From NCBI GenBank assembly GCA_050575255.1, contig JBNZDD010013520.1, forward strand, positions 787,751 through 851,750: a stretch of 64,000 bases of DNA, in the 5' to 3' direction. The stretch is from Harriotta raleighana. Taxonomy: Eukaryota. Position numbers and translations under genes: made by a program. Below, piece after piece: positions 1 to 13,600 of this stretch. Below the pieces are notes generated by a model. It was not told where the DNA came from, searched no databases, and saw nothing but the letters and a program-made list of their open reading frames with translations. How positions within the stretch are numbered: the stretch's first letter is position 1; each line of letters starts with the position of its first letter.

Positions 1-464
1 TTACATCTATGCTAGCTGATTCAGCCACTGATTCCAGCATTGAATTCTACGTTCTCACTACCCCCTTGTGGAAGTGGTTGCTTCCAAATTCTCTTTTAGT
101 TGCTATCTTATTGTTTCCAATCTAATTTTTAGGATAGCTGGGCTTCCATCTAAAATATTCACTAACTTTGATTTGTTTCTTTTATTACCTCCTTCCACCC
201 CTCATTTTAATTGATTTTATATCAACAATCCTAAGATATTGTCCTCTATCATGTTTGTACTAGGGTTCAAATTTCTCCTGTGTTAGTGAAGCAGGTACTA
301 ATATCATTTGGCCTGACTACATCTATTGGATTGATTTCAATAATTGCTACAAGTTGATATCCCAGTGTATCTCACCTGTTGAGGTGGATAGATTCTCCAT
401 TTTTCAGAAGCTGGAAGTCTGGCTACATTGGGTACAGTTAATCCAGGACCTTGCCTGTGGTACG

Positions 465-915
465 TTAAACTGAGCCCCATTTCAGGACTTTCATAAAGTC
501 AACTCAGCTGATACTCCAAAGCAGTACTTGGGATGTGTGGCTTTGTCAGAGGTGACGTCCTTCAGATAAAACATTAAACCTTGGTCCCAGATTAAAGGTG
601 TGTGTTCAGATTGATGTTAAAGATCCCATGGCAGTATTGAAAACAAGAAGGGAGTTTCTCACAGTGTTTTCCACCAAAGGTTCCCCAGATGAAATGGATC
701 ATACACTTTATGGCTATTTGTGGGACATTGATGTGCACCATGGGATGTCCTCGCGACGTGAAAGGTGCTCTATAAATGTCATTTTATTGTTATGTGTAAA
801 ATTAGTTGCTGCATTTGTCTACAAAATACACAGTCATTGCAATCTACAGTATTTCCAGTGAAGTGTTTCCAAATATCCTCCTGATATAAAAAGCGACATA
901 TCAAATGCCAGGATT
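465..915 (+). mobile_element. Old Deu-domain (AmnSINE1/SacSINE-like) SINE, diverged and rearranged
   Basis: Contains the GATGTTAAAGATCCCATGGCA..GGAGTTTCTC and TTTGTGGGACATTG blocks seen in many other copies, plus an L2-type tail. Confidence 0.65.
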
Positions 916-1774
916 AGAAATTTGAATAATTGGAGTTGAATGCTTAAAGGCATTGCTGGGACTGGCAATCAAACAGTCGAGAGACTGTCAGTAACTGAAT
1001 TGCCCGGAGAGCCTGTCAGTCGGCAGGCTCATTAATGAACTGCCTGTGCCCTAGTTTGATAATAATTTTGAATGCCATGTAATGTACTGAACAGAATGGA
1101 GACATTTTGGATCTTTCCTACACAATGGGCTGATTCCAGTGCCCCCCACCCCCAATCCTCACCTCAAAATGTGCTGAGTGTCTGCTTCATTGCAGCAAGG
1201 AAACTGAACAAAACACTTTGTCAACATGAACAACTATATGGTATACTGAGAGAGCTGATCAAATGTGTTTAACCTCACAACAGCCTCTGCCACGAGGTAA
1301 ATAGTAATAACAATCTTTGCCTTTTGAAACAGTGCCTTATCACGTTGTCGAGACATCTCTTTACAGAGGCTGTACTTATACCGTAAGTTACTGTATATTT
1401 TGTGGGTGAAACATGGCAACCAATTGCTCATACAACAGAGGTAGATCGTGTTTTTATGTCTTCCGGGCGCTTGCTCAGCAGCTTTGTTTTTTTTAATCAT
1501 TTTCAGACCCGTGTTCCTACCCTGTGTCTTGCTAGGTTGGGGGAAGTAGCCGTCTCTGTTAGAATTAATGAACCAACTTGCAGTGTTGGCCTTCTGCAGT
1601 CGTCTTTTGGGATTTGATAACATCTGCTCCATAAACTGTTGAGATTCATCAGCATATTTAAGCAATAACCAGGTCAAAATATGTGGCAGGATTATTTGGG
1701 GAATCTTATTATTATGTGGAGCGAGCCTTAATAATCTTCTCACTCTCACCCCTCTCTCAGATTAATTCTCTCAT

Positions 1775-2085
1775 GTCTTCATTTCTCTTTGTCTCTCTCG
1801 GGCCCGTGTGTTTGGGTAGATGTGTATCTCTATCTCTGCTCTGTCATGTCTCTCTCTCACGTCTTTGATTATCTGTCATGTCTCTCTGTCTGCTAAGTCT
1901 CTGTCTCATGTACCTCTCTGTTTCTTGTGTGTGGGGTTCAATCCCTTTTCTCTCATGTCCCCCTGCCACCCCCCCCCCTCTCTCTCTTATTACTCTGGCT
2001 CTTTCATTTCTCTGTCTCTGTCATGTCTCTTTCTCTTTCTATCAAGTGTCCATCTCTCTCTTGCTCATTTGCTCTCCCTGTCACA
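1775..2085 (+). repeat. CT/TCTG-rich low-complexity tract
   Basis: Repeated TCTCTC, TGTCATGTCTC and TCTGTC units. Confidence 0.8.
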
Positions 2086-2223
2086 CCATTTCATATTTTA
2101 CAGCTGCTATACTGTCAGTGAAAGACCAATTTAACATAGCAGCTCTGTGGCACCTACTGGACTAGACTGAGGTTCCATTATTGATCACTTGTTTGCAGAG
2201 TGAGGGCAGATGTTACTCTCCAG

Positions 2224-2474
2224 AAATTGATCCATTCTCAACCGAAGCCTGATCCTCTGGTTCCTTTACATTCTCACAGCCTCACTCACTGCTCCATGGG
2301 GAAGATAAAAATAATAATAATCCTTATCATTTATAATTATTAATTTGTNAAATTGATCCATTCTCAACCGAAGCCTGATCCTCTGGTTCCTTTACATTCT
2401 CACAGCCTCACTCACTGCTCCATAGGGAAGATAAAAATAATAATAATCCTTATCATTTATAATTATTAATTTGT
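2224..2474. other. Assembly haplotype duplication across a single N (2349)
   Basis: 125-bp copies at 2224-2348 and 2350-2474 differ by one G/A (2298 vs 2424); the same pattern occurs at N13806, N30469, N49225 and N54674. Confidence 0.85.
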
Positions 2475-2962
2475 TTGATATTTATAACCTTTAGCGCTCC
2501 GAGACCCTATCTGTGTGAAGGCTATTATATAAAAACATCTTATTGTTGTTATGATAATAATCCTTACATTTGGTAAAGCACTCTCCACATTGGGAGGCTG
2601 TCTCAAAGTATTTCACTGGTTATACTATGAAGTGTGGTGACTATATTTTTTGTGAGCGAACACAGCAGCCAAGTTGCGGATACCAACATCCCACAAACGG
2701 ACATGAAATGAACCACCAATTTTACTGACGGATTGTTTCCCCTCATGTACAGGTTGCAAGAGGTACCTTGAGATTGTCATTGAATCTGCCATTGTGCTGT
2801 CCTATGTATTGCCAGGATTAACCACAACAGAGCTTTCCTTATCCTCCAAACTATGTGCTACATTTGATCAATTTAAAGAGAACCGTTTCATAGGGGAGAG
2901 CTGAAAAATGGTCTATAGTTTACTTTATTTCCTTCCATGTCTCTACTCCCTCTCACCCACTT

Positions 2963-3272
2963 TGTGGAGTCCAGTAGCTCTGTAATTAGAGCGCTCGCCT
3001 TGCAAACTGGAGACCTGGGTTCAAATCCAGGCAGGGCGAAACCTTGGGCAGATTTCCTTATTCCACATGCCTGATAATAATCCCTCCAAAAAAACACTAA
3101 TAAATTGGTCATTTCAATCCACAACTATTTGTGGGACATTGGTGTGTACAATTGGCTGCCGCATTTCACCCACAAATATACAGTCAATTCACTTTGTAGT
3201 ACATTCTGGGAAGCGCTTTAAGATATCTAGAAGACATGAAAAGCACTACATTAAATGCAAGGATCATTATTA
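2963..3272 (+). mobile_element. tRNA(Ala)-derived SINE, near full length, with L2-type tail
   Basis: Head GGAGTCCAGTAGCTC..AGAGCGCTCGCCTTGCAA..GGTTCAAATCC (Pol III A/B boxes), shared body, tail AAATGCAAGGATCATTAT. Confidence 0.85.
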
Positions 3273-3682
3273 CAATAAAACCTTGTTTATCCGTGACTCG
3301 ATGAACCAGAAAACCTGTTCAACTGCCATCTCAAAAAAAAGTCCCGATTCAATGAACTGATGACGCGTTTAATGAATTGACTGTTGCACGTGAGTACTGG
3401 TGCAGGTATTCGTGGCTGGCCACTAGTCAGGTCTAAACTCGCTCCTGCTCCTTTTAAAAGTCGCGTTTTTGTTACCTCCATCGTTGTGAAGTTAAGTATA
3501 AATAATAAAGTACTAATACAATATTCTGCTATTATTTAGTCTATTATTAATATGGTATTTGTTAAAATATTTTTTTTTAAATATATATATTTTTTTTTTA
3601 AATTAAAAATCCGTTCAACCGGAAAACTGTTTAACCACCACTGGCCAGATACTGTGGGTGCCGGATAAACAAGGTTTTACTG
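3273..3682. mobile_element. Non-autonomous Tc1/mariner (Tigger/pogo-like) MITE
   Basis: 21-bp TIRs CAATAAAACCTTGTTTATCCG and CGGATAAACAAGGTTTTACTG (20/21 match), TA on the left and CA on the right, no ORF. Confidence 0.85.
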
Positions 3683-4639
3683 CATTTTATTATTATTTTG
3701 CACACTTGCATATCGGATTATTTCATATAAAATCAGTGCTGCAAAATGAAGTTGATTGGAAATATGTGAATGTTTGAGCTCGCAATCTAACTAACTCAGA
3801 CTGACTAATTACGTTAGTCGACAGAGTAGTTATGAATCTGAACCAGTCAAACTGGTATCTGTAGCAAACTGTACCTGATATAAGTGGCTTTTAGGGGTTA
3901 ATCTATCGACAGCGGTGGGACAAATAAACCGACTAAGTAAAGGCCTATCAAAGTTGCTGGTAAACTTATAACCATTTAGAACTATTGTCTTTATAGCTTG
4001 TTTAAAAAAATCAAAAGAATGAAAGCTGCATTACATTTGTTCCTTTGTGGGCTTTGATCATTGACTGATATGAAACCAACACTTAAGCTTCCATTGCAAT
4101 ATGTCTGAGGTTAGAGCCATGCTCTACATCCCAGAACATTTTATTGATCAAAGGATTCACTGGCCAAACATAAGACTGTGTGATGAATCTCTTACTTCAG
4201 GCAGGGCTTGAGAAGAAATCCCTCTGCGGTCTAGATTCACTCTATTTAATGTAGCATTTTAGAAGGTCTGGAATTTGGCAAATTGTTGAATTCAATCTTA
4301 ATAATAATATAATATCAATAGTAATCCTTGCCTTTGATGTAGCACATTTTTACCTCATTGAGATATCTCAAAGCATTACACAGGATATACTGTAAATTGC
4401 AGTTAATATGTTTGTTCGTGGGCGAATCACAGCAGCCAAGTTGCACATAACAATGTCCCACAAACAAACCATGGAGTGAGTGACTGTTTTCGTTTGTGGG
4501 ATTGTCAGCCAGGATACCGGGAGAAACCCACTTTACCTTGAATTCAAGTTGGTTTCCTGTTACTCCTTTAAAAAATGTAAAAATAACAGTCTCTTTGATT
4601 TCAAAGCATTTGGTGACTTAATAAGGTGGTAGTTCCGGA

Positions 4640-4970
4640 GTGGAATCCCTTTGCATTGTGGATAGCGCGCTCGCCTCACAAGTCAGGGATTTAATCCTGG
4701 TCGGGGCAAATCCTTAGACAAGTTTCCTTTCTCCATATGCCTGTTTACCAAGCAGTAAGTAGGAACCTGGTTGTTATTTGCTTGCAGATCGCTTTCCAGG
4801 TGTAATAATCCCTCTAAAAACACGACTGTTTGTGGGACACTGCTGTGTGCAATTGGCTGCCGTGTTTTGCCTGCAAAATATACAGTCAATTCACTTTACA
4901 TATATTCTGTGAAGTGCTTTGAGACGTCTCAATGACTTGATTAGACACATCAAATGCAAGGATTTTATAT
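4640..4970 (+). mobile_element. tRNA-derived SINE (subfamily with CCAAGCAGTAAGTAGGAACC insert)
   Basis: Head, body and tail align with copies at 2963, 43284 and 49390. Confidence 0.8.
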
Positions 4971-7900
4971 TTTTATGATATATTTTCATGATATCTATGA
5001 GCAGAGGGTCTTCACTGCCTGACGTCACAGGGTCTTCATTACAGCAGGAATTCTACATTGCACAGAATTCATAGTGGGTGAAATTTGTCATTGCTGGTCC
5101 CTTGGTGGATTGCTGTGCCTTCATCTTCAACCGTTTGTAACTGACGTCTCAGTCTTATAAACAACTGGTGCACTTGAGCTGTACAGCACAGCCATGATTG
5201 AAAGAACACACAACAAATCCTACCAGCACGAACAAGCGTGTCAAATCAATTCAGCTGTTGTGCTGTTATCTCCTGACAGTACATGGTTTCAGCTAACAAT
5301 ACATCTACATTTTCCTCTGTTGATTTTTCCCTTTGCCAGAGTCTCAATTTCCCTTTAAAGGGGCACAGTCTTCATTTCTCAGCTAATTTGGTTCATAAAT
5401 ATCCAGCGTCGGGTAGCACATGCTCAAGACAGAGGCTTAAATTTTTTTTAATATATGAAATTTGTGTTACTTTGGCCTGCAAAGAAGCAAAAGAAAGAGA
5501 ACTTTCCACTTAAATCTACACCTCATAATGAAACCCTTTACTGTTCAACGCCAGGACTCCTTTCGATGTGACAGGCGCTATACAAATGCAATTTGTTGTT
5601 ATTGAACAGATTTGACTATTAGCACCTTTCACACCAGTGATACGTCCCATGGCACATCACAGATTATATTACAATGTGAAGTGACTGTATGTTTTTCACC
5701 TTATTCCTGATCCTTACTCCCTCAATCCCTTCCTTACTCAGTGATTCAACAATGCCTGCTTTTGATTGCACCCGGTAGCCAACTTGTTCTGTGCTAATGC
5801 CTGCATATGAATTATCTAGCCCATAAAGACCCGTCACCCCTTCCTTTCATCTTTCTTTGGAATGGTGACGTGCAAATCGCAGTTCACAAGACCAACGTGA
5901 ATAGAAAACTAATGAAAGGGTCCCCGTTCTCATCAACCAGCTCATCTTCTGGAAGCTCCAGGGTATAAAGCGACAGATTAAATGCACTTAATCCCATTTG
6001 CTCGCTCAGGATCCATTTCACTCTCTCACCAAAAGCAATTGCTTAGAAATCATGCCTGTCAATGCATAATATCTGCGCTCAAAATAATCAAAAACTAAAA
6101 TGTGTAATTGTAATAAAAAAAGGAAAGCTAAGGATATGTTAAACCATCACTTTTCCCCAAGCTTTGAATAACAAATCTTCAATAATGCTTAAAATACCTA
6201 AGGCCTGAATCGCCTATTTGAATTTTTTGTTTTTGAAAAAAAATGCTCTTTTCAGTGAAATAATTGCTTCTTGAAAGCCTCAACTATTACAATGTTTACT
6301 TCAATAATTTTTAATTTCCAGATCAGGGCCGCAATGAAAATATTTAAATAAAACTGGTCATTCACTTCATGGCTGTTTGTGGGACACTGCAATTATACAC
6401 AACAACAACAACTAAATTACATTTATTGAGTACCTTTCACATCAGGAGGATGTATACTGCAAAGTGAGAGAACACATTTGTCCACAAACACAGTCCCTCC
6501 ATTTCACAGTATGAAACAACAACTTGGATTTATAAAGAGCCCTTTCTGTTTAAAGACACCTTTAAATTCTTGCTCCTTTCCTACCTGCTCAGGGAAACCC
6601 ACTGTCCTTGCGAAGCATTTGAGCCATTCGTCCTACATGACAGTGAAAGCAGTTGTTCAGCTTGTGAGTTAACAGGCAGTCTTGTCTCGTGAGACTAACC
6701 TTGACATACAGCTTCAAAATCCTAAAGAGATTGCCTGAATGATGAGTTAAGTAAGGAAGCGAGTTTGATGTTGACATCCCTAAGGTTAGAGCAGAATATG
6801 GCAGGTGGCCAAAGCAGTTAAAACGTTATCTTTTGCCCATGGGCTAAACCAAATAATTTTAACACGAAGCTCTAAGAATTGAGTGAAGTAAAGTTTTTTT
6901 TAACAGAAGAATCACATGGAGGAGACAGAGATGTTGAGTGTATTGATATTCAGTGTAATGATGAGACATCTTATGTACTGAACAAACCTACTGTAATAAT
7001 CCTGGCATTTGATGCACCACCTTATCACCGCGTTGAAATGCCTCAAATGACTCTTAGAGTGCAGCGATTGTGTATTTTGTAGTTGAAAGTTGCAGCCAAT
7101 TTGTGTAGTGCAACATCCCATGGACAATCATGAAATGAGGGACCAATTTTATCTGTGGGTTTGTTGGCCAGGATACCAGGAAAAACTCCAATACATACCC
7201 GACCCATCATTGAGGTTTCAGAGACCAACAGAAAGCTGGACTTTTCAGCTTCCTTAAATTCCTATAATATTTCTGTTCATGAATCTGTTAGCAAGCCAAT
7301 GTGAAGATACAAGTGGCTGCATTCTATTTATTTATTTTGGCTTTATTTATATTAATAATAAAGTATTAATCCTGCCATTTCATATATTGCCTTTCATGTT
7401 GGAAGGAAGTCTCAAAGTGCTTCACAGGATTCATTGCAAAGTGTTGTCACTGCATATTTTTTGGGTGAATGCGGCAACTAATTTGAGCACAGCAATGTCC
7501 TACAAACAGCCAAGAAGTGAATGAACAATTTTTCATCTGGTGGACTGCTGGCCAGGACACCGGAGAAACTCATGTCTCTTTTCCAATAGCACCATGGGAT
7601 CTTTTAACGTCCACCTGAACAGACGGATGGGACCTCCATTTAAGACCTTGCCCCTGGAGTTGGCAAGATTCAGTAACAATTCTGCTGTTCACTGAGGATG
7701 TCTTGGATGGGAGAAAACCTCCCCTTTAAATGTGCTCACTTTTGAAGAGGCAGTTGGAATGGGAGAAAACGAAACATGTTAAAAATGTTAACATGGATCA
7801 CTTAACTAATCGGCAAAGAATGTTATTGTGATGATATTGCAATAGATTGAATAGCTTCCAATTGGTGGCTAGATGTGAATGGTGTCTATGTGTACATTAG

Positions 7901-8131
7901 GTCTTAGGCCTATGAAGAGAGATGGAGGAGGGACAAAAAAAAGGACAACAATCTTTTTGTGAAGTATGGTAGTTTTGGTGGTAAATCCAGCACTGGGAAC
8001 CATGGCTAAGTGAAGCTATGAGAAAAAGGCAGAGAAAAGAGAGGAGAGGGAATAGAGAGGAGAGAATAACAGAAGTATGGTTGAAGGATGCAATTCTCAA
8101 AGAAGGCCTGGAGCAGGAACCATTGTCAACA

Positions 8132-8440
8132 GCGCAATTTGGCTGCCGCGTTTCTCCCCAGATATACACCTGGTTTTCCTTCTCTCTTCCTCCTACCCCA
8201 ACCCCTCCCCTTGCCCTCTTTCCCCCTTTCATCCCTGGCCCTCTCGCTTCCATGACTGTTTGTGGGACACTGCTGTGCGCAATTTGGCTGCCGCGTTTCG
8301 CCCACAAATATACAGTCAGTATTTTCCTGCTTTTCTTCCCCCGACCCCTCCCCCCACTTGACTGTACAGCGCCTTGGGACGTCCTCCTGACGTGAAAGGC
8401 GCTATATAAATACAATAAATAAATAAAAATAAATAAAAAA
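8132..8440 (+). mobile_element. Young chimeric SINE-body/L2-3'UTR element with (TAAA)n tail, internally duplicated
   Basis: Two GCGCAATTTGGCTGCCGCGTTT units, each followed by a pyrimidine tract, then the AGCGCCTTGGGACGTCCTCCTGACGTGAAAGGCGCT tail; the 3' part is nearly identical to 54779-54907. Confidence 0.8.
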
Positions 8441-10591
8441 CAGAGCTTTCAGTGAGAGCAATGGGCACTTGAATAAAACAGTATTGGCTGCAGGATGTTG
8501 CATTTGTGGCCTTAGTGGAGATTGTGTACCTTTGTGCATTGGATTAGGTTTAGCTATGGGACATGTCAGGTCTTGATGGAAGTGAGGTGAAGTGAATCAA
8601 ATGCGTTGATTGGCCAGTTACTGGATGAGGTTTGATGTGAAGGTCAGTGTGTGTTAGATCACACCAAGCCACTGAACCAGAGTGGGTTCACTCACTCCTA
8701 TTTTACTCCATCAAACAGGCAGAAAGGATGTCGGACTGTTTAGTTGGCCGTGAAAGTGAACGTGCATTTTTGACCAGTTCTGACCGTAGAATGATTCAAC
8801 AGGATGCAAGAACATCACCTGCCATTGGCAGCTATTCTTTCAACTCCTAGGAGATAAACTCTGACCTTGCACAGTAACTTAATCCAGTCTAGCAGCAGAC
8901 AAATCTCATCCTGTCAAAAGATCAATACCTCTCTTTTTTCTCTCTCGCTCTCTCTTCTCGTTCTCTCGCTCTATTGTTCCTGCTGCCGCTGTATCTGCTG
9001 TGAATATTCCCCTTTGCTGTCGGCTTTCGCCTCTGTGTTTTGATGACAAGAGAAATATTAATCCTTGATGACCTACCCAACCATTGCCTTGGAGGGAGTG
9101 GCGAGGGTTTAACAGAAGCTACAACAAAGAGTGGGGGAGATTAAGGGAGCCATGTGCAGAGGGTTATCACTGTCAGTACAGTGCAGTCTAATGCAAATAA
9201 ATGTAACATAGTTTGTCTATGCAATATCAAGCAGACCTATTGGATTAGTCCTCCTGTACATTAGCACCAGTTAATGACCTGCATCTAATTGCCAGGCCCT
9301 ACTGTAAATGGCCTCATCCTCCCCACCCACCTCCACACACACACACACACTCATCCCTCTCAATGTTTCCTCTCAATGATCATTTTTGTCTGAGGGATTA
9401 TTGGCCAGGGCACAAGGAGAAACAACATTATTGTATTGAGTAGTCCATGTGAACAAGCAGATAGGGCCTCAGCTCAACGTCTCATCCAAAGAACAGCAAT
9501 TCCAACAATGTATCCATTGTTCCACCAGCCCTGCCCTGGAATTTCAGCCTGGACTATAAACTCAAAGTCCTGATGTATGGCTTGAATCCACAAACTTTTG
9601 ATTCAGAGGCGAGAGTCAGTGCTTCTGACTAAGCCAGGCTGTTTACACAAATTATCTTTTTGCTATTTAGTCAGAATAGAATTTTTAGGGATGTCCATTA
9701 TTAGTACAGATGGACAACCTTTACTCATGCACTGATGCGTCATTAAATGGTTAAATTTGCAAAGCATCTGTGCTTTTAGTATTGAGCTGACACAGTATGT
9801 GCCACGAGTAGTATTGGTTCTCGTCTTAATTTGATCAACAGAAATAACGTAACAAAAGCATTAAAATACTCAGCTTTAATATACTGTGTGAGTCTCAAGA
9901 CTGTCTCAACACATTCCTCTTTGGCAGTGCCTTCGGTCATCTTCCCCTCCTCTGTGGCATATTAACTTTAACAACTTATGTGGTAATTAAGTATGGGATA
10001 GGTATATTTATATTTTATTTATTTATTTATATAAATAAAGGTATATAAGGATTCTGGGGAATAATGGCTTGAGAGAGAGTTTGACAGGGAGAGAGAGAGA
10101 GTGAAAGAGGGTATAGGAAAGAAACTGGATTGGAAAGTTGCAATAAAGATTGGATTGAATCAAAATTGTGTATTGTTATTGTTCAGTGCCTGAAATGTCC
10201 TCCTGATATAAAATTGCTATATAAATGCAATTTGTTGTTATTGTTGTTGTAATATATAAGTAAATGTCCATTCTAAGCTTTTAATGAACGCTTATGCATA
10301 AATCTCTTGCGTCTGCCTGTGCATCCAATTTAGCAGCATAATCCTAAATTCAAAGTCCCAATGTGGAGGCATACGCTATGCAGTTTTCTGACTCCCAACT
10401 GTGAAGGAGGAAGTCCCAGTTTGTCCCCACCTGTGCTGACAGGGCAGCTGTTGCCTAGATCAGGTTTGCTGTACTGGGAATTGGATGGGCAATGATTAGC
10501 GCACGCTGCTGTTCACAGCCACATGGTTTGACAAGTCACATGCTCTGGACGCCCAGTGGTGAGTCATTCTTACCTTTCTCTATGTTCACAG

Positions 10592-10680
10592 AGAGGGCGC
10601 GTGATTATCTGCACAAGACTGGACGGTACATTGTGATTGGCGGAATAATCTCACCGGTCCACGATTCCTATGGGAAGCAG
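10592..10680 (+). CDS. NMNAT2: NMNAT2 exon 2 ([30 protein letters not shown])
   Basis: cacag| acceptor, CAG|gtaagg donor, 89 nt, phase 1 to 0. Confidence 0.95.
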
Positions 10681-13600
10681 GTAAGGAAGGACAAAGGTGA
10701 ATTCAGTGTGATGTTCGTGTGCGCGTACCCCCTTCGAGCATTGATCAGTTGTTCTGGATGCGGGTGGGAGCCTCATCTTTAACAAGCCTTTCTGCTTCTG
10801 CAGTGAGGTCTGACGGAACTCTGATGGTTCGATGCTGTTTTCTCCTAAGGTTTCAGTTTAACACATACAGAGGACGGAACCTCTAACAATACAAGGCAGA
10901 ACTCCCCAAGCACTGGAGTGTCAGCCTAGACTGTGGAGGTCAAAGTCTTGACGTGGAATTTGAACCTACAACCTTCTGACTCAGTAGCAAGGGTACTATC
11001 AACTGAGCCAAGCTGCCAGCTGGTATTGAATACACTAACAGTTTGCCTATGAGATGAATTCCTGATGCACAGAGAGAGGCCATTGGCAAACCACTCAGAT
11101 TACATTCCCTGCACACTTTGAATAATGTAGTGGTAGCGAACATTAGCTGGGAAGAGAGTGAGAGATGACATTCTGGTAATATTATCGATTCCGTCATTTT
11201 AGAGTAACGACAAACTATATTTCGGGTTCTTTTTTCATTCTTTTACAGGTTCTTTTCTTTGATGAAAAGCTCTGATCGGTTACAGGATTTAGCTCCAAGT
11301 TTAAAAATCAATTGTGGTTTTACAGGACACCTTGGCACAGATTGACTGCCGTGTCTTGCCTGTATAATGACATTCAGTTCATTTATAATCATACTTACAT
11401 TTGATATAGCTTCTTTCAAGTAGGGAGGCCAGTCAGCGTTTCCAGGAGACCATGTTGACAATGATTTTACAGGCCTTCTGTACAGGAAACTGGCCAGTCA
11501 TAGCCTTCCCACAACAACAACAACAAAATTACACTTGTATATTCCCAGGAATCCTGCCAAAGCTACCCCACAGGTGGGACACTATATAAATGTGAGCTGT
11601 TGTTGTTTTGCTCTAGTACATTGTAAGCATGCCCACATTTGCCTACTATCTACACATTCACTGCACTTTACAGTGAATCCTATCAAAACGCTATGACAAT
11701 CCACCTGTGTGAAGTGCACTATACCAAATGCAAGCACTCTTATTCATTATTTCACTATCGGAGATTCGAAGGGGCAGTGGGTTTGAATGAACACCGTGCT
11801 TTTGACAGCCAGAGCAGACTCGATGGCGTCGGTCTGTAAATTACTATGATTATATTATCTTGTAGAAACCCCAAAGCCTCTACGATTTGACACCCAAGAA
11901 AGAAGCCTGAGAAAGGCAACTCTGATTCCTGTGTTTATTTTACAGAAAACAAAGCAGGAAAGCTGTGAATGGTGGCACAGCTTGTTCATTTTTCTGGTAG
12001 CTGCATTGTGAGAATGTGGCTGACTCCATGCCAGAGAGAGGGAGGAGGGCAAGCACTTAAAACTGTTTTGAAGCTTGTGGTAACAGCTTGTTTCAGTGCC
12101 AGCATTGGTGCACTAAGGAACATCAAGTTGTAGCAGCAGTAAGCACCCTGCCGTAGGCATGACCTACAACAACAACAACTTGCATAGAATAATAATAGTA
12201 ATACGAGTAATAATAATAATATTGCTTGCATTTGATATAGCCCTTTTCGCGTCTTCCAGATGACTCAAAGCGCTTCACCGAATGTAACCGTGAATTGACT
12301 GCATATTTGTGGGTGGAGCGCACAAACAGCAGTCGATTGAAATGACCAATTTATTATTATTTTTTCAAGGGATTATTGTTAGACATGTGGGGTAAGGAAA
12401 CTTGCCCAAGTTTTTTCCCTACGTGGAATTGAACCCAGGTCTTGCTTGCGAGATGAATGCTTTAACCACTGAGCTGCAGGACTCCACATATATATATATA
12501 CAGCACCTATCATGGATGGTAGCATCTGGGAGCTCTTAACAGTGTTGGAGCCTGACGCTTAGCCAGGGGGAAGAGAGAAGAAGATCGCTGGCACTGTTGA
12601 TGAGGAAGGTTTTGAGGCGTGTTCTGAATATGATATGGAGGAGACAGGGTGGAGAATTTGAGGGAGAGAATTCCATAGTTTTAGGGCATAGTGGCTGAAA
12701 GCTCGGTTGCTGATGGTGAAGCGGAGGGAGGGGATGAGAGACGTAGAGGAGGCCGCAGCCAGCTGAACGGAAGCGGCCTATTCTGTAGCCAGAGCTGGGC
12801 TGTGTAACTATCTCTGGGTGTGTAACCTGTACTGGAGGGAATGCTGTGCTCATCACTCTACGTCGCTGAGAATCTGGAATTGAGCCACGTCTCGCTCTGC
12901 GGTTGTGTTTTTATTTTTTTATAAATTGATTTAAGATATAATGAATACAAGTACAATGGAATATTTTTCTAGATAAAATAAACCCTTTCGTGCATGGCGT
13001 TTGGATGACTGCACCATGAAGGCGGGACTGTGCTAATTCCTTTCACGGGCACCATCTGGAATTCTGTGACTTACAAATGTAAGCTCCACATGATGTATCT
13101 TCCTTAGTATTGCATAAGCTCTGTGTGCTTACTTTGTCCTCTTGCCTTCCCATTAACTGCAGGGCCTTGTCTCCAGCCGGCATCGTCTCACCATGTGTCA
13201 GTTGGCAGTGCAGTCCTCTGACTGGATCAGGTAAACAAACCCTTTGCTGCTTTCAGGGCAGCACTTGAATTTAACAGTTATGATCATAATAATAATATGA
13301 TAATACAGCATCTCTTGTGTTGAGAGGGCGTCTCAAAGCCTTTCTCAAGATTTTACTGTGAGAATTGATCATTCACATCATTGCTAATAGTGGGACGTTG
13401 CCGTGTGCAAATTAACTGCTGCATTCGCCTACATATTCGCTTACATATACTGACTCCCCCCCACCCCACCCCCGTCCTTCTCATCAGTGACGTCTGTGTT
13501 TATTTTTAATAACTTTTAAGAAGGAGGGAGGTTGGGGAGGAATGGCTGGGTATCGCAAGCCAGTTGAAAGCCAGTTAAATGTAAATGAGGATTCCAGTCA

